Below, piece by piece: positions 1 through 9,794 of a stretch of DNA of 64,000 nucleotides (position 1 is the stretch's first letter; every line of letters begins with the position of its first letter). Source of the DNA: Alphaproteobacteria bacterium (GTDB taxonomy: Bacteria > Pseudomonadota > Alphaproteobacteria > CAAGCB01 > CAG-977); NCBI GenBank assembly GCA_045587165.1, contig JAZNBT010000055.1, positions 7,017-71,016 on the forward strand, written 5' to 3'. Made by a program: the position numbers and the translations under genes. The notes beneath the pieces were generated by a model that was given only the letters and a program-made list of their open reading frames with translations, was not told the origin of the DNA and ran no database searches.

Positions 1-245
1 AAAAAAATTTTTCATCCGTTTCATCGACAACGGCATATTGTGCTTTTTTCTGTTTAAAAGCTGTTGATAAAATTGCGTCAGACTTATCAACAGGCAATAA
101 TATATTACAACATCTTATTATAATATATTTATTGAAGGGGAACTTTTTTTTCGTCTTGACCGATTGTGCCAAAAAATATAAAACAAAACTCTCTTCTTCG
201 GGCGATCAGCCCGTTTTCCGATCATAACATATTTACAGAGTTTCC

Positions 246-1499
246 ATGCACTTAAAAGATTTGAAAAAGAAATCTCCGTCCGAGCTGTTAAGCATGGCGG
301 AAGAATTAGGCGTTGAAAATGCTTCGACGTTGCGCACACAGGATTTGACTTTTGCCATTTTAAAACAATTGTCCAAAAACGACGAAGTGTTGATTGACGA
401 AGGCGTTATTGAAGTTTTACAGGACGGATTCGGATTTTTGCGTTCTCCGCAATCCAATTATCTGCCCGGTCCGGACGATATTTATGTTTCTCCCAGTCAA
501 GTGCGTAAATTCGGATTAAGAACCGGCGATACGGTCGAAGGTGAATTGCGTGCGCCTAAAGACGGTGAAAAATATTTCGCTTTATCCAAAGTTCTTAAAA
601 TCAACTTTACCGATCCCGAAAACGTGCGTTACCGGATTAATTTTGACAATCTGACGCCGTTGCATCCGACGGAAAAGATTAAGATGGAAAACGATCTGGA
701 CAATAAAAACATGACGTCCAGAATTATCGATTTGATTTGTCCGCAGGGAAAAGGTCAACGCGGAATGATCGTTGCGCCGCCCAGAACGGGTAAAACGGTA
801 ATGTTGCAGAATATCGCTCATGCAATTACGCAAAACAATCCGGAAATTTATTTGATTGTTTTGTTGATTGACGAACGCCCCGAAGAAGTTACGGAAATGA
901 GCCGTACGATCAAAGGCGAAGTCGTCAGTTCCACCTTTGACGAACCGGCGGCGCGTCACGTTCAGGTTGCCGAAATGGTCATTGAAAAGGCTAAACGTCT
1001 GGTCGAACATAAACGCGACGTTGTTATTTTGTTGGATTCCATTACGCGTTTGGCGCGCGCTTATAATACGGTTGTTCCCAGTTCGGGCAAAGTATTGACA
1101 GGCGGCGTCGATGCAAATGCATTGCAAAAACCGAAACGCTTTTTCGGTGCGGCCAGAAATATCGAAGAAGGCGGTTCTTTGACGATTATTTCAACGGCTC
1201 TGATTGATACGGGATCGCGTATGGATGAAGTCATTTTCGAAGAATTCAAAGGAACAGGAAACTCTGAGATCATTTTGGATCGCAAAGTATCCGATAAACG
1301 CATTTTCCCGGCAATCGACATTACAAAATCCGGTACGCGTAAGGAAGAGTTGCTGGTCGGCAAAGATATGCTGTCGAAAATGTGGGTTTTACGCCGCGTT
1401 TTAATGCCGATGGGACCGGCCGACGCGATGGAATTTTTAATGGAAAAATTGAAACAGTCGAAAAACAATCACGACTTTTTCGATGCAATGAATTCGTAA
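246..1499 (+). CDS. rho: Transcription termination factor Rho
   Basis: 417 aa. N-terminal RNA-binding (cold-shock-like) domain followed by RecA-type ATPase with Walker A GKT motif; strong similarity to Rho throughout. Confidence 0.95.
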   Translation: MHLKDLKKKSPSELLSMAEELGVENASTLRTQDLTFAILKQLSKNDEVLIDEGVIEVLQDGFGFLRSPQSNYLPGPDDIYVSPSQVRKFGLRTGDTVEGELRAPKDGEKYFALSKVLKINFTDPENVRYRINFDNLTPLHPTEKIKMENDLDNKNMTSRIIDLICPQGKGQRGMIVAPPRTGKTVMLQNIAHAITQNNPEIYLIVLLIDERPEEVTEMSRTIKGEVVSSTFDEPAARHVQVAEMVIEKAKRLVEHKRDVVILLDSITRLARAYNTVVPSSGKVLTGGVDANALQKPKRFFGAARNIEEGGSLTIISTALIDTGSRMDEVIFEEFKGTGNSEIILDRKVSDKRIFPAIDITKSGTRKEELLVGKDMLSKMWVLRRVLMPMGPADAMEFLMEKLKQSKNNHDFFDAMNS

Positions 1500-1518
1500 G
1501 TAACATTAAGGGGTATAT

Positions 1519-2601
1519 ATGAAACGTTCGTATGTGGCTTTGCCGGATTATATGATTGGCGAAGATGTTTATTTTAAGGCTGCCGATTTATTGAAAAAGT
1601 ACGGTAAAACAGCTGTCATTGTCGGCGGTAAAACGGCAATGAGCGTCGCCGCGGACGAAATCACGAACGCTTTGGCCGAAGGCGGTGTTTCCGTTTTGGG
1701 ACAGATCTGGTTCGGCGGGGATTCAAACTACGAAAACGTTGAAATGCTGAAACGGGATGAAACGGTTCTACGGGCAGATATCGTTTTGGCCGTCGGCGGC
1801 GGAAAATGTTGCGATACATGCAAAGTTTTGGCCGAGCAGCTGCAAAAACCGTTGTTTACGTTTCCGACGATTTCTTCAAACTGTGCCCCCTGCACGGCTT
1901 TGGCGATCATGTATAACGCGGATGGAAGCTTTAAAAATAATTTTTACAGCACTCAGCCGCCTTTGTGCGTATTTATTAACGATAAAATCATTGCCAAATC
2001 TCCCGTCGAATATCTGCAGGCCGGTATCGGTGACGCTTTAAGCAAAGATCCGGAAGTATCGCTGGCTTTGCGTCATGTCGAATTGGATCAAAATCTGTTG
2101 GTCGGCAAAGCGTTGTGCGCCGCTTGTACGGAACCGCTTTTGAAGTACGGCGAACAGGCGCTGAACGATTGCAAGGCCGGAAAAACGTCGCAGGCTTTGC
2201 AGGAAGTCATTCTGGATATAGTCATTTCAACCGGATTGGTCAGCAATATGACCGTTTGTCCTGAGTTTTATTACAATACCAATTTGGCGCATTGCTTTTA
2301 TTACGGGGCGACGATTTTCCCCGTTTATCATCAGTTTTTGCACGGATTTTGGGTTGCTTTCGGCGTGTTGGTATTATTGCAATACGACGGTCAGACGCAG
2401 CTGCGCGATCGCGTAATGGACTTTTACCGCAAAACGGGATTGCCCGTTACGTTGGAGCAAGTCGGATTGAAACGTGAAGATTTGCCGGCTTTGGTTGACA
2501 AAGCGACAAAGGTTCCCGGTTGGCATGTCGACGGTTACGATTTATCGGCCGAACGTTTTATGCAAGCCGTTATCGATATTGATGATTTGGGAAACAAGTA
2601 A
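1519..2601 (+). CDS. Iron-containing alcohol dehydrogenase family protein (glycerol dehydrogenase-like)
   Basis: 360 aa. GGGK nucleotide-binding loop (VGGGKCCDTCK) and overall Fe-ADH/GldA-like architecture. RBS AAGGGG upstream. Confidence 0.65.
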   Translation: MKRSYVALPDYMIGEDVYFKAADLLKKYGKTAVIVGGKTAMSVAADEITNALAEGGVSVLGQIWFGGDSNYENVEMLKRDETVLRADIVLAVGGGKCCDTCKVLAEQLQKPLFTFPTISSNCAPCTALAIMYNADGSFKNNFYSTQPPLCVFINDKIIAKSPVEYLQAGIGDALSKDPEVSLALRHVELDQNLLVGKALCAACTEPLLKYGEQALNDCKAGKTSQALQEVILDIVISTGLVSNMTVCPEFYYNTNLAHCFYYGATIFPVYHQFLHGFWVAFGVLVLLQYDGQTQLRDRVMDFYRKTGLPVTLEQVGLKREDLPALVDKATKVPGWHVDGYDLSAERFMQAVIDIDDLGNK

Positions 2602-2603
2602 AT

Positions 2604-2632
2604 AAAAAAGGCTCCGGAAGGAGCCTTTTTTA
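2604..2632. terminator. Bidirectional rho-independent terminator between the convergent ADH-like and flavodoxin-like genes
   Basis: Hairpin GGCTCCGGAAGGAGCC flanked by A-run and T-run. Confidence 0.7.
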
Positions 2633-3241
2633 TAAACCGTTTATCCATTCGGCGATTTTGGCTTTAACCGCCTGATCGTATTCTTTACCCATGTTATTAA
2701 AGGATGCGTGCAGCAGAATGTTTGCGTTTTTGGCGGCGGTGGCGAAATCTTCGAAAAACGTTCCGATATTGCTTCCCTGTGTGGAAAAAGGAACAACCTT
2801 TTTTCCTTGAAAATCAATTTGATTTAAAAAGGATAAAACAGGCGTTGCCACGGTGTACCACCAAACCGGCGCGCCGACAAAAACGGTATCGTAGGCCGAT
2901 AAATCGGGTAAAGCTTTCAATGCGGGATATTCTTTTGTTTTGATTTGATTTTTTATTGCCAAATGCAAATTAACACCGCTTGGCAAAGCTTCGGCCGTAT
3001 TTAATTCAAACAAGTCGCCTTTCAGATTTTCGGCAATAATTTCTGCGATCGCTTTTGTCCGGCCGGTCAGAGAATAATAAACGATCAGCGTTTTACCCAA
3101 ATCTTTGTCAACTTCGATCGTTTTTCCGGCATATTGTGCCATTTCCTTTTTGTTTTTAACCGAAACGCGATACAGGTGGATTAAACCGCAAATACCGACG
3201 ACAACAAGAGCTATAACAACAAAAGAAAGAACGTGTTTCAT
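2630..3241 (-). CDS. Flavodoxin-like fold protein with N-terminal membrane anchor
   Basis: 203 aa. N-terminal hydrophobic helix, then flavodoxin-type motif LIVYYSLTGRTK and FMN-binding-like segments. Confidence 0.55.
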   Translation of the reverse strand: MKHVLSFVVIALVVVGICGLIHLYRVSVKNKKEMAQYAGKTIEVDKDLGKTLIVYYSLTGRTKAIAEIIAENLKGDLFELNTAEALPSGVNLHLAIKNQIKTKEYPALKALPDLSAYDTVFVGAPVWWYTVATPVLSFLNQIDFQGKKVVPFSTQGSNIGTFFEDFATAAKNANILLHASFNNMGKEYDQAVKAKIAEWINGL

Positions 3242-3828
3242 TATAAGGCTCCCTTTGTGCTGGGCAGAATTCCTTCGGCACGCGGATCGGATTCGCAGGC
3301 GTGACGTAATGCGCGGGCAAAAGCTTTGAAACAGGATTCGGCCATATGATGCGCATTATCGCCGTACAAATTTTCAATATGGACGGCAGCTTTCAAATTG
3401 TTTGTAACGGCCGCGAAAAATTCTTTGAAAACTTCGGTATCGACATCGCCTACTTTTTCGGACGCAAATTTAACATGCCAGACAAATGCCGGACGTCCGC
3501 TTAAATCAATTACGCAGCGGGTCAACGTTTCATCCATGGGAATACAGGCCGAACCGTAACGGTTGATGCCTTTTTTATCGCCCAAGGCTTGTGATAAAGC
3601 CGTTCCGATGACAATCCCCGCATCTTCTGCCAAATGGTGTGCGTCGACGTTTAAATCGCCCGTAGCGTCGATATTTAAATCGATCAATCCGTGACGGGAC
3701 AGCTGTGCCAACATATGATCTAAAAATCCGCATCCGGTATGAATGTCGTAAGTACCCGTTCCGTCCAAATCGAGTTTGACTTTAATTTGAGTTTCTTCGG
3801 TATTTCGTTTTAATTCGGCGGAACGCAT
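3241..3828 (-). CDS. hisB: Imidazoleglycerol-phosphate dehydratase
   Basis: 195 aa. Conserved IGPD histidine-rich metal-binding motifs (DxHH, HHxxE). Confidence 0.9.
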   Translation of the reverse strand: MRSAELKRNTEETQIKVKLDLDGTGTYDIHTGCGFLDHMLAQLSRHGLIDLNIDATGDLNVDAHHLAEDAGIVIGTALSQALGDKKGINRYGSACIPMDETLTRCVIDLSGRPAFVWHVKFASEKVGDVDTEVFKEFFAAVTNNLKAAVHIENLYGDNAHHMAESCFKAFARALRHACESDPRAEGILPSTKGAL

Positions 3829-3899
3829 TGTTTTTTTCCTTTCTTTTGATAAAAATCTGATTTAAACCACTTTAACGCAGATTTATTAAAGGAGGCTTT

Positions 3900-4442
3900 A
3901 TGGAAAATCAAACGCCGTCTTTACGGGGAACGACAATTTTATGCGTGCGCAAAAACGGATCGGTCGTTATTGCGGGCGACGGACAAGTGACCTTTGGAAA
4001 CACCGTTTTGAAAAGCAATGCCAAAAAAGTCCGCAGATTGGGCAACGGTTCGATTATTGCCGGTTTTGCGGGTGCTACGGCGGATGCTTTTACGTTGTTT
4101 GAACGGTTGGAAGAAAAAATAGAAAAATATTCGGCTCAGTTGACGCGAGCCTGCGTAGAATTGGCCAAAGATTGGCGCACCGACCGTTATTTAAGAAAGC
4201 TTGAAGCGATGATGATTGTCGCGGACAAAGACGTCACCCTTGTTTTAACGGGGAACGGCGACGTCTTGGAACCGCAGCACGGTTTGATCGGCATCGGATC
4301 CGGCGGTTCTTACGCTCAAGCGGCGGCATTGGCCTTGATTGATACGGATTTGTCTGCGGAAGAAATTGTTGCAAAAGCGATGAACATAGCCGCTGATATT
4401 TGCATTTACACCAACCACAACATTATAACGGAAAAATTATGA
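3900..4442 (+). CDS. hslV: ATP-dependent protease subunit HslV
   Basis: 180 aa. N-terminal Thr-protease motif (GTTIL) and strong HslV similarity. RBS AGGAGG upstream. Confidence 0.95.
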   Translation: MENQTPSLRGTTILCVRKNGSVVIAGDGQVTFGNTVLKSNAKKVRRLGNGSIIAGFAGATADAFTLFERLEEKIEKYSAQLTRACVELAKDWRTDRYLRKLEAMMIVADKDVTLVLTGNGDVLEPQHGLIGIGSGGSYAQAAALALIDTDLSAEEIVAKAMNIAADICIYTNHNIITEKL

Positions 4443-5749
4443 GTATGTTTTTTTCTCCGCGTGAAATCGTTTCCGAATTGGACAGACACATTATAGGCCA
4501 GAATGAAGCAAAACGCGCCGTAGCGGTTGCTTTGCGCAATCGTTGGCGCAGACAACAGTTGCCGACGGCTTTAAGGGAAGAAGTTGTTCCCAAAAATATT
4601 TTAATGATCGGCCCGACTGGCGTCGGTAAAACGGAAATAGCCCGTCGTTTGGCAAAGCTGGCTCAGGCCCCTTTTATTAAAACCGAAGCGACAAAGTTCA
4701 CCGAAATCGGTTATGTCGGTCGCGATGTCGAAAGCATTATCCGCGATTTGGTGGAAATATCGATTACCATGACGCGCAAAAACATGCGTAAGTCCGTTCA
4801 TGTTAAAGCCGAAGAAGCGGCCGAAAAGCGTGTCATCAACGCTTTGGTCGGTGATAACGCCTCTGATGAAACGCGCCAAAAGTTTCGCAAAATGTTGCGC
4901 GAAGGCGTTCTTGATGAAAAAGAAATCGAAATCGAAGTGCAGGATACGCCGAATAATTCCATGCCGACATTTGATATTCCGGGGATGCCCGGTGCGCAGA
5001 TGGGTATGATTTCCTTGGGGGATTTGCTGGGCGGAAAAGGTACGATTTACCGCAAGAAAAAAATGACGGTCAAAGATTCCTATGATGTCTTGGTAACCGA
5101 AGAAAGCGACAACCTGATCGATCAGGAAAAAGTTGTTAAAGAAGCGATAGCTAACGTTGAAAACAACGGTATTGTCTTTATTGATGAATTTGACAAGATT
5201 TGCGGTCGCAGCGAAGGTAAAAATCCCGATGTGTCTCGCGAAGGCGTGCAACGTGATTTATTGCCTTTGATCGAAGGTTCCACTATCCCGACAAAGCACG
5301 GTTTGGTTAAAACGGATCATATTTTATTTATCGCTTCGGGGGCTTTTCATGTATCGAAACCGTCCGATTTATTGCCTGAATTACAAGGAAGACTGCCGAT
5401 TCGCGTTGAATTAAAGCCTTTAACTCAGGATGATTTTTATAAAATTTTGTGCGAACCGGAAGCAAATCTGATTCTGCAATATAAGGAATTATTGAAAACG
5501 GAAAACTTTACGCTGGAATTTGAAGACGACGCCATTCGTGAAATTGCCGCGGTAGCCGCCGAAGTTAATGAAAATGTAGAAAATATTGGTGCGCGCCGTT
5601 TACATACGATTTTAGAAAAATTGTTGGAAGAAATTTCTTTTACCGCTGCCGAACGTCAAGGGGAAACAGAAATCATTACAAAGGAAAAAGTTTCTGAAAT
5701 GGTCGGTTCTTTGGCAAAACGTTCCGATTTGTCAAAATTCATACTGTAG
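4439..5749 (+). CDS. hslU: ATP-dependent protease ATPase subunit HslU
   Basis: AAA+ Walker [16 protein letters not shown]. Start chosen at the ATG overlapping the hslV stop (ATGA); the track ORF begins 39 nt further upstream. Confidence 0.93.
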   Translation: MSMFFSPREIVSELDRHIIGQNEAKRAVAVALRNRWRRQQLPTALREEVVPKNILMIGPTGVGKTEIARRLAKLAQAPFIKTEATKFTEIGYVGRDVESIIRDLVEISITMTRKNMRKSVHVKAEEAAEKRVINALVGDNASDETRQKFRKMLREGVLDEKEIEIEVQDTPNNSMPTFDIPGMPGAQMGMISLGDLLGGKGTIYRKKKMTVKDSYDVLVTEESDNLIDQEKVVKEAIANVENNGIVFIDEFDKICGRSEGKNPDVSREGVQRDLLPLIEGSTIPTKHGLVKTDHILFIASGAFHVSKPSDLLPELQGRLPIRVELKPLTQDDFYKILCEPEANLILQYKELLKTENFTLEFEDDAIREIAAVAAEVNENVENIGARRLHTILEKLLEEISFTAAERQGETEIITKEKVSEMVGSLAKRSDLSKFIL

Positions 5750-5773
5750 ATTTGTTCTGATAATATCGAAAAA

Positions 5774-5806
5774 GGGAGAAATTTTCGAAATTTCTCCCTT
5801 TTCTTT
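5774..5806 (+). terminator. Rho-independent terminator after hslU
   Basis: GGGAGAAATTT/AAATTTCTCCC hairpin followed by T-run. Confidence 0.75.
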
Positions 5807-5880
5807 TATATTTGGCTGTTTTTAAAGTATTATTTCGAAATCGAAACAAAAAGCAATCTAAAGGCGTTTTTGTTTGTTTG

Positions 5881-5896
5881 TGTTTCACGTGAAACA
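5881..5896. promoter_or_regulatory. parS: parS centromere-like site, copy 1 (TGTTTCACGTGAAACA)
   Basis: Exact 16-bp palindrome matching the consensus ParB-binding parS site. Confidence 0.85.
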
Positions 5897-5983
5897 TTTT
5901 GAAAAAAATATTTTTTAAAATAAAATATTTTCCGCTTGTTTTTTTGAGCTGACAATGACTATTTTATAAAAAAACACTAAAAA

Positions 5984-5999
5984 TGTTTCACGTGAAACA
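5984..5999. promoter_or_regulatory. parS: parS centromere-like site, copy 2, 13 bp upstream of the rsmG start
   Basis: Exact TGTTTCACGTGAAACA. Its position suggests the parS site doubles as an operator for the rsmG-parAB operon. Confidence 0.85.
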
Positions 6000-6011
6000 A
6001 GGGGCGGAAAA

Positions 6012-6635
6012 GTGATTGCGACGGATCGTGATTTGGTTCTTAGAAATCTCCGTTTATCAGGGCGGGTGATTGACAGGCTTGATAAGTATGTTGAGTTGTT
6101 GGAACGGGAACAATCTAAAATGAATTTGGTTGGTTCGTCTACTTTGCCTATTGTTTGGACGCGTCATATTTGGGATTCCGCACAATTGTATGCTCATCTG
6201 TTGCCGACAGATAAAATTATTTTGGATTTTGGCAGTGGTGCGGGGTTTCCGGCTTTGGTCTTAGCCGCAATGGATATTGACGCTAAATATGCTTTTCATT
6301 TAATTGAAAGTGACGGCAAAAAATGCGCTTTTTTAAATAAGATTATCGAAGCTTGCGATTTGCAAGCGACGGTTCATAACGAACGTATTGAACAAATTGA
6401 AAAATTCGGTGCGGACGTTATTACTGCCAGAGCATTGGCGCCATTGGAAAAGTTGTTGAAATATGCATGTCCTTTTTTGAAAACAAAAACGCGTTGTTTG
6501 TTTATGAAGGGGGCTAAAGCGGATGAGGAATTGGAGCCGGCCTTTAAAAAATATAATTTCCATCTGGAAAAAATTCAAAGCGTTACAAGTCCGGAAGGGA
6601 CAATTCTTTTACTGTCAGAGGTAAAAAAGAAATGA
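6012..6635 (+). CDS. rsmG: 16S rRNA (guanine527-N7)-methyltransferase RsmG (GidB)
   Basis: 207 aa. GTG start; SAM-binding motif DFGSGAGFP; classic position immediately upstream of parAB. Confidence 0.9.
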   Translation: MIATDRDLVLRNLRLSGRVIDRLDKYVELLEREQSKMNLVGSSTLPIVWTRHIWDSAQLYAHLLPTDKIILDFGSGAGFPALVLAAMDIDAKYAFHLIESDGKKCAFLNKIIEACDLQATVHNERIEQIEKFGADVITARALAPLEKLLKYACPFLKTKTRCLFMKGAKADEELEPAFKKYNFHLEKIQSVTSPEGTILLLSEVKKK

Positions 6636-7420
6636 ATAATTTGTATGATAAACCGCGTATTATTGCTGTTTCCAATCAAAAAGGGGGAGTCGGCAAAACG
6701 ACGACGGCCGTTAATTTGGCTACGGCTTTAGCTGCCGTAAATAAAAAAGTATTGGTTTTGGATTTGGATCCGCAAGGGAATGCAACGGTCAGTTTTGGCA
6801 TTGATCGGAAAAAAGCTCCGAAAAATATGTATCAGGTTTTAATGGGGGAATCCAAAATTTCGTCAACGATTGTTTGGACGAAGATACCTAATCTGTCGGT
6901 TGTTGTTTCTTCAAAGGATTTGGCCGGTGCGGATTTTGAATTGTCGCATCAAAAATCACCTCAGTTTTTTTTGAAAAAAGCTTTAGAGGTCGAAGCCTTA
7001 TCATATGATTATATTTTTATTGATTGTCCGCCGACAGTCGGTATGTTGACTGTAAATGCTTTGGTTGCCGCCGATTCGGTAATTGTTCCCGTTCAATGTG
7101 AATATTTGGCATTGGAAGGTGTGGCCGATTTAATGAAGACGATTGACCGGGTAAAGCGTAATTTTAATCCCAATTTGGAATTGCAAGGTATCGTCTTGAC
7201 AATGTTTGACGGACGAACCGGATTGTCCGAAGTTGTCGCTCAGGATGTACGCAATTATTTCGGCAACAAAGTTTATAAAGCGGTTATTCCTCGTAACGTT
7301 CGTGTTTCCGAAGCCCCATCACACGGAAAACCGATTTTACTTTATGATTTTAAAAGCAAAGGAGCGCAGGCCTATATCAGTCTGGCCGGAGAAATATTGA
7401 AACAGGAGGCAAAAAAATGA
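6632..7420 (+). CDS. parA: Chromosome partitioning ATPase ParA
   Basis: Deviant Walker A KGGVGKTT; overlaps the rsmG stop. Confidence 0.93.
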   Translation: MNNLYDKPRIIAVSNQKGGVGKTTTAVNLATALAAVNKKVLVLDLDPQGNATVSFGIDRKKAPKNMYQVLMGESKISSTIVWTKIPNLSVVVSSKDLAGADFELSHQKSPQFFLKKALEVEALSYDYIFIDCPPTVGMLTVNALVAADSVIVPVQCEYLALEGVADLMKTIDRVKRNFNPNLELQGIVLTMFDGRTGLSEVVAQDVRNYFGNKVYKAVIPRNVRVSEAPSHGKPILLYDFKSKGAQAYISLAGEILKQEAKK

Positions 7421-8439
7421 GTGCAAAGAATTTAGGTCGCGGTTTAAATGCTCTTTTGGGAGACAGTGAACCGGAAGAACAAGATCAAGGCATAAAAACC
7501 GTTTTACTGTCGGATTTAACACCCAGTCCTTTCCAACCGCGTCGTGTTTTTGATGAAGATGCCATTAACGATTTGGTTGAATCCATCCGTACCAAAGGTG
7601 TTTTGCAGCCGTTAATCGTTCGTTCCAAAAATGACGAAAACGATAAATATGAAATTGTCGGCGGAGAACGTCGTTGGCGTGCTTCTCAATTGGCCGGTTT
7701 GACGGAAATTCCTGTTTTGATCAAGGATTTTACGGACAAAGAAGCTTTGGAAGTCGCTTTGATTGAAAATTTGCAACGTCAGGATTTAAATGTGTTGGAA
7801 GAAGCCGAAGGCTATCGCCGTTTAATGGATGAATTTTCAAATACGCAGGAAGAATTGGCTAAGGCTGTCGGAAAAAGCCGCAGTCATGTCGCTAACACGA
7901 TGCGTTTACTTGCTTTACCCGAAAAGGTAAAAAAATATTTGGAAAACGGTAAATTGACATCCGGTCATGCCCGTGCCTTGTTGACGGCTAAAGAGCCTGA
8001 AATTTTAGCTGAAGCAGTTATTTCCAAAGGATTAAATGTTCGTCAAACGGAAAAATTGGCTCAAGAAGGATTGGAAAAGAAAAAGAAATCAACCGTTTCG
8101 AAAAAATCCGATAAACAAGAAGAATGTGATGCTTTGGCCGTTGATTTATCGCGTATTTTAGGCATTACGGTTGCAATCCGTCCGAAATCCGTCGGTGGCG
8201 AATTGATTTTATCTTACGAAACTTTGGAACAGCTTGATACGTTGATTCGCAGATTAAGTGCTCGTCCTCAGCAGGAAATGAAAAAGATGACTAAACAAGA
8301 ATCCGTTTCGATTGATACCGTTCCCGATGAAGATATCATTCAAATGGAAGATGAAGAAATCGGAGAAGTTATATTTGATGATTCTTTTTCGGATACATTG
8401 GAAGATGATGTTATCAGTCTGGATAAATTAGAAGATTAA
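7417..8439 (+). CDS. parB: Chromosome partitioning protein ParB
   Basis: ParB N-terminal box (GERRWRA) and HTH region; overlaps the parA stop. Confidence 0.93.
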   Translation: MSAKNLGRGLNALLGDSEPEEQDQGIKTVLLSDLTPSPFQPRRVFDEDAINDLVESIRTKGVLQPLIVRSKNDENDKYEIVGGERRWRASQLAGLTEIPVLIKDFTDKEALEVALIENLQRQDLNVLEEAEGYRRLMDEFSNTQEELAKAVGKSRSHVANTMRLLALPEKVKKYLENGKLTSGHARALLTAKEPEILAEAVISKGLNVRQTEKLAQEGLEKKKKSTVSKKSDKQEECDALAVDLSRILGITVAIRPKSVGGELILSYETLEQLDTLIRRLSARPQQEMKKMTKQESVSIDTVPDEDIIQMEDEEIGEVIFDDSFSDTLEDDVISLDKLED

Positions 8440-8460
8440 TTTGTATCGTGTTCTTATTTA

Positions 8461-8488
8461 AATCCCCTGTTGCAGCAGGGGATTTTTT
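8461..8488 (+). terminator. Rho-independent terminator after parB
   Basis: AATCCCCTG-TTGCAGCAGGGGATT hairpin followed by T6. Confidence 0.75.
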
Positions 8489-8506
8489 GATTCGGACGGA
8501 TGCTGC

Positions 8507-8893
8507 TTAAAAACACATAAAGGCATTCTCGATATGTTCGGGCAGATGTTTCGGGGAAATCAAAATAACATCGAATCGCATTTCTTTGTTTGTCAGTTCG
8601 GGACGGGTCATTAAAAAATATTCGGCTCCCTTGATACGTCGGGCTTGAACACGGGTATTTACAGATTCTGCTGCCGTATTGATATCAGCGCGGAATTTGA
8701 CTTCGATAAAAGCGATAACACCTTTTTTCTCGGCGATAATATCGATTTCACCGGCTCCGATTCCGCGCGGCGGTTTAAAATTTCGTTCTAGAATACGGTA
8801 TCCCTTTAATCGTAAAAACAATACGGCCATATTTTCTGCACGATAGCCGTCATTGTGCGCTTTTTTTCCGGTTTGCTGTTTATTTTGAAGCAT
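8507..8893 (-). CDS. yraN: YraN family (UPF0102) endonuclease-like protein
   Basis: 128 aa. Conserved GE-D-EVK restriction-endonuclease-like core; sits next to rsmI as in E. coli. Confidence 0.8.
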   Translation of the reverse strand: MLQNKQQTGKKAHNDGYRAENMAVLFLRLKGYRILERNFKPPRGIGAGEIDIIAEKKGVIAFIEVKFRADINTAAESVNTRVQARRIKGAEYFLMTRPELTNKEMRFDVILISPKHLPEHIENAFMCF

Positions 8894-9737
8894 TTTTTAA
8901 CTTTAGTGCCTTTTGATAAAGTGATTTTTTTGCTTCCCCTGTTTGGTCGGATACAAAAGCGGCAGCATCTTTGACGCTCATGGTTTTAAGGGCGTCTGTT
9001 AACGTTTCCAGAATGTCGTTTTCCGATATCTGCTTTTTTTCCGCCGGAGCCACGACGATAACGATTTCTCCTTTCGGAAAACCGTTTTCATGATAACGAT
9101 TCAATAATTCCGAAAAAGTTCCTCTGACACTTTGTTCGAATTTTTTTGTGATCTCGCGAACAACGGCGGCTTGTCTGTTTCCCAAAACCTTTTGCATATC
9201 TGTCAGAGTTTCCTCCAATCTTTGCGGAGCTTCATAAAAAATCAAAGTCGCCGGAATATCTGCCAGCAAAGATAATTCTTTTTGTCTGGCAGATGTCTTC
9301 GGAGGCAAAAAACCTTCGAATAAAAATCGGTGACAGGGTAAACCGGACAGCTGTAAGGCCGTCAATACTGCCGAAGCACCCGGAATGGATGTAACATAGA
9401 TGTTCTGTTCAAAACAATCCTGAACAAGACGGTATCCGGGATCGCTGATTAAAGGAGTTCCGGCATCTGAAACCAAGGCTATCATTTCACCGTTTCGTAA
9501 TCGTTTCAAAATTTCAGGACGCGCTTTATCGGCGTTGAAATTATGATAAGCGGTCAGTTTTTTTCCGGAAATTCCTAAAAGGGTCAATAGCTTTTGAGTA
9601 TTTCTTGTATCTTCGCACGCGATCAAATCGGCATGAGCCAAAACATCTGTTGCACGGATGGAAATATCACCTAAATTGCCGATAGGTGTTGCCACAAGGT
9701 ATAATCCTTTGATAAAAGAAGTTTCAGACATTTGCAC
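8880..9737 (-). CDS. rsmI: 16S rRNA (cytidine1402-2'-O)-methyltransferase RsmI
   Basis: 285 aa. Tetrapyrrole-methylase fold; N-terminal LYLVATPIGNLGD motif. Confidence 0.9.
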   Translation of the reverse strand: MQMSETSFIKGLYLVATPIGNLGDISIRATDVLAHADLIACEDTRNTQKLLTLLGISGKKLTAYHNFNADKARPEILKRLRNGEMIALVSDAGTPLISDPGYRLVQDCFEQNIYVTSIPGASAVLTALQLSGLPCHRFLFEGFLPPKTSARQKELSLLADIPATLIFYEAPQRLEETLTDMQKVLGNRQAAVVREITKKFEQSVRGTFSELLNRYHENGFPKGEIVIVVAPAEKKQISENDILETLTDALKTMSVKDAAAFVSDQTGEAKKSLYQKALKLKNASK

Positions 9738-9794
9738 TCCTTTGCAAAAACAGTTAAGATCATCTAATCACGTTTTAGATTCGGGAGCAATTCT

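Noticed and set aside
582-1468. Minus-strand ORFs (181 aa and 135 aa) inside rho
   Set aside because: They are antisense to a highly conserved essential gene, with no RBS and no homology; spurious.
4601-5251. 216-aa minus-strand ORF inside hslU
   Set aside because: Antisense shadow ORF within a conserved AAA+ gene.
5806-6011. AT-rich intergenic region upstream of rsmG as the replication origin oriC
   Set aside because: It contains parS sites but no clustered DnaA boxes (TTATCCACA-like) that I could find. parS clusters lie near, not at, the origin, so I report only the parS sites.
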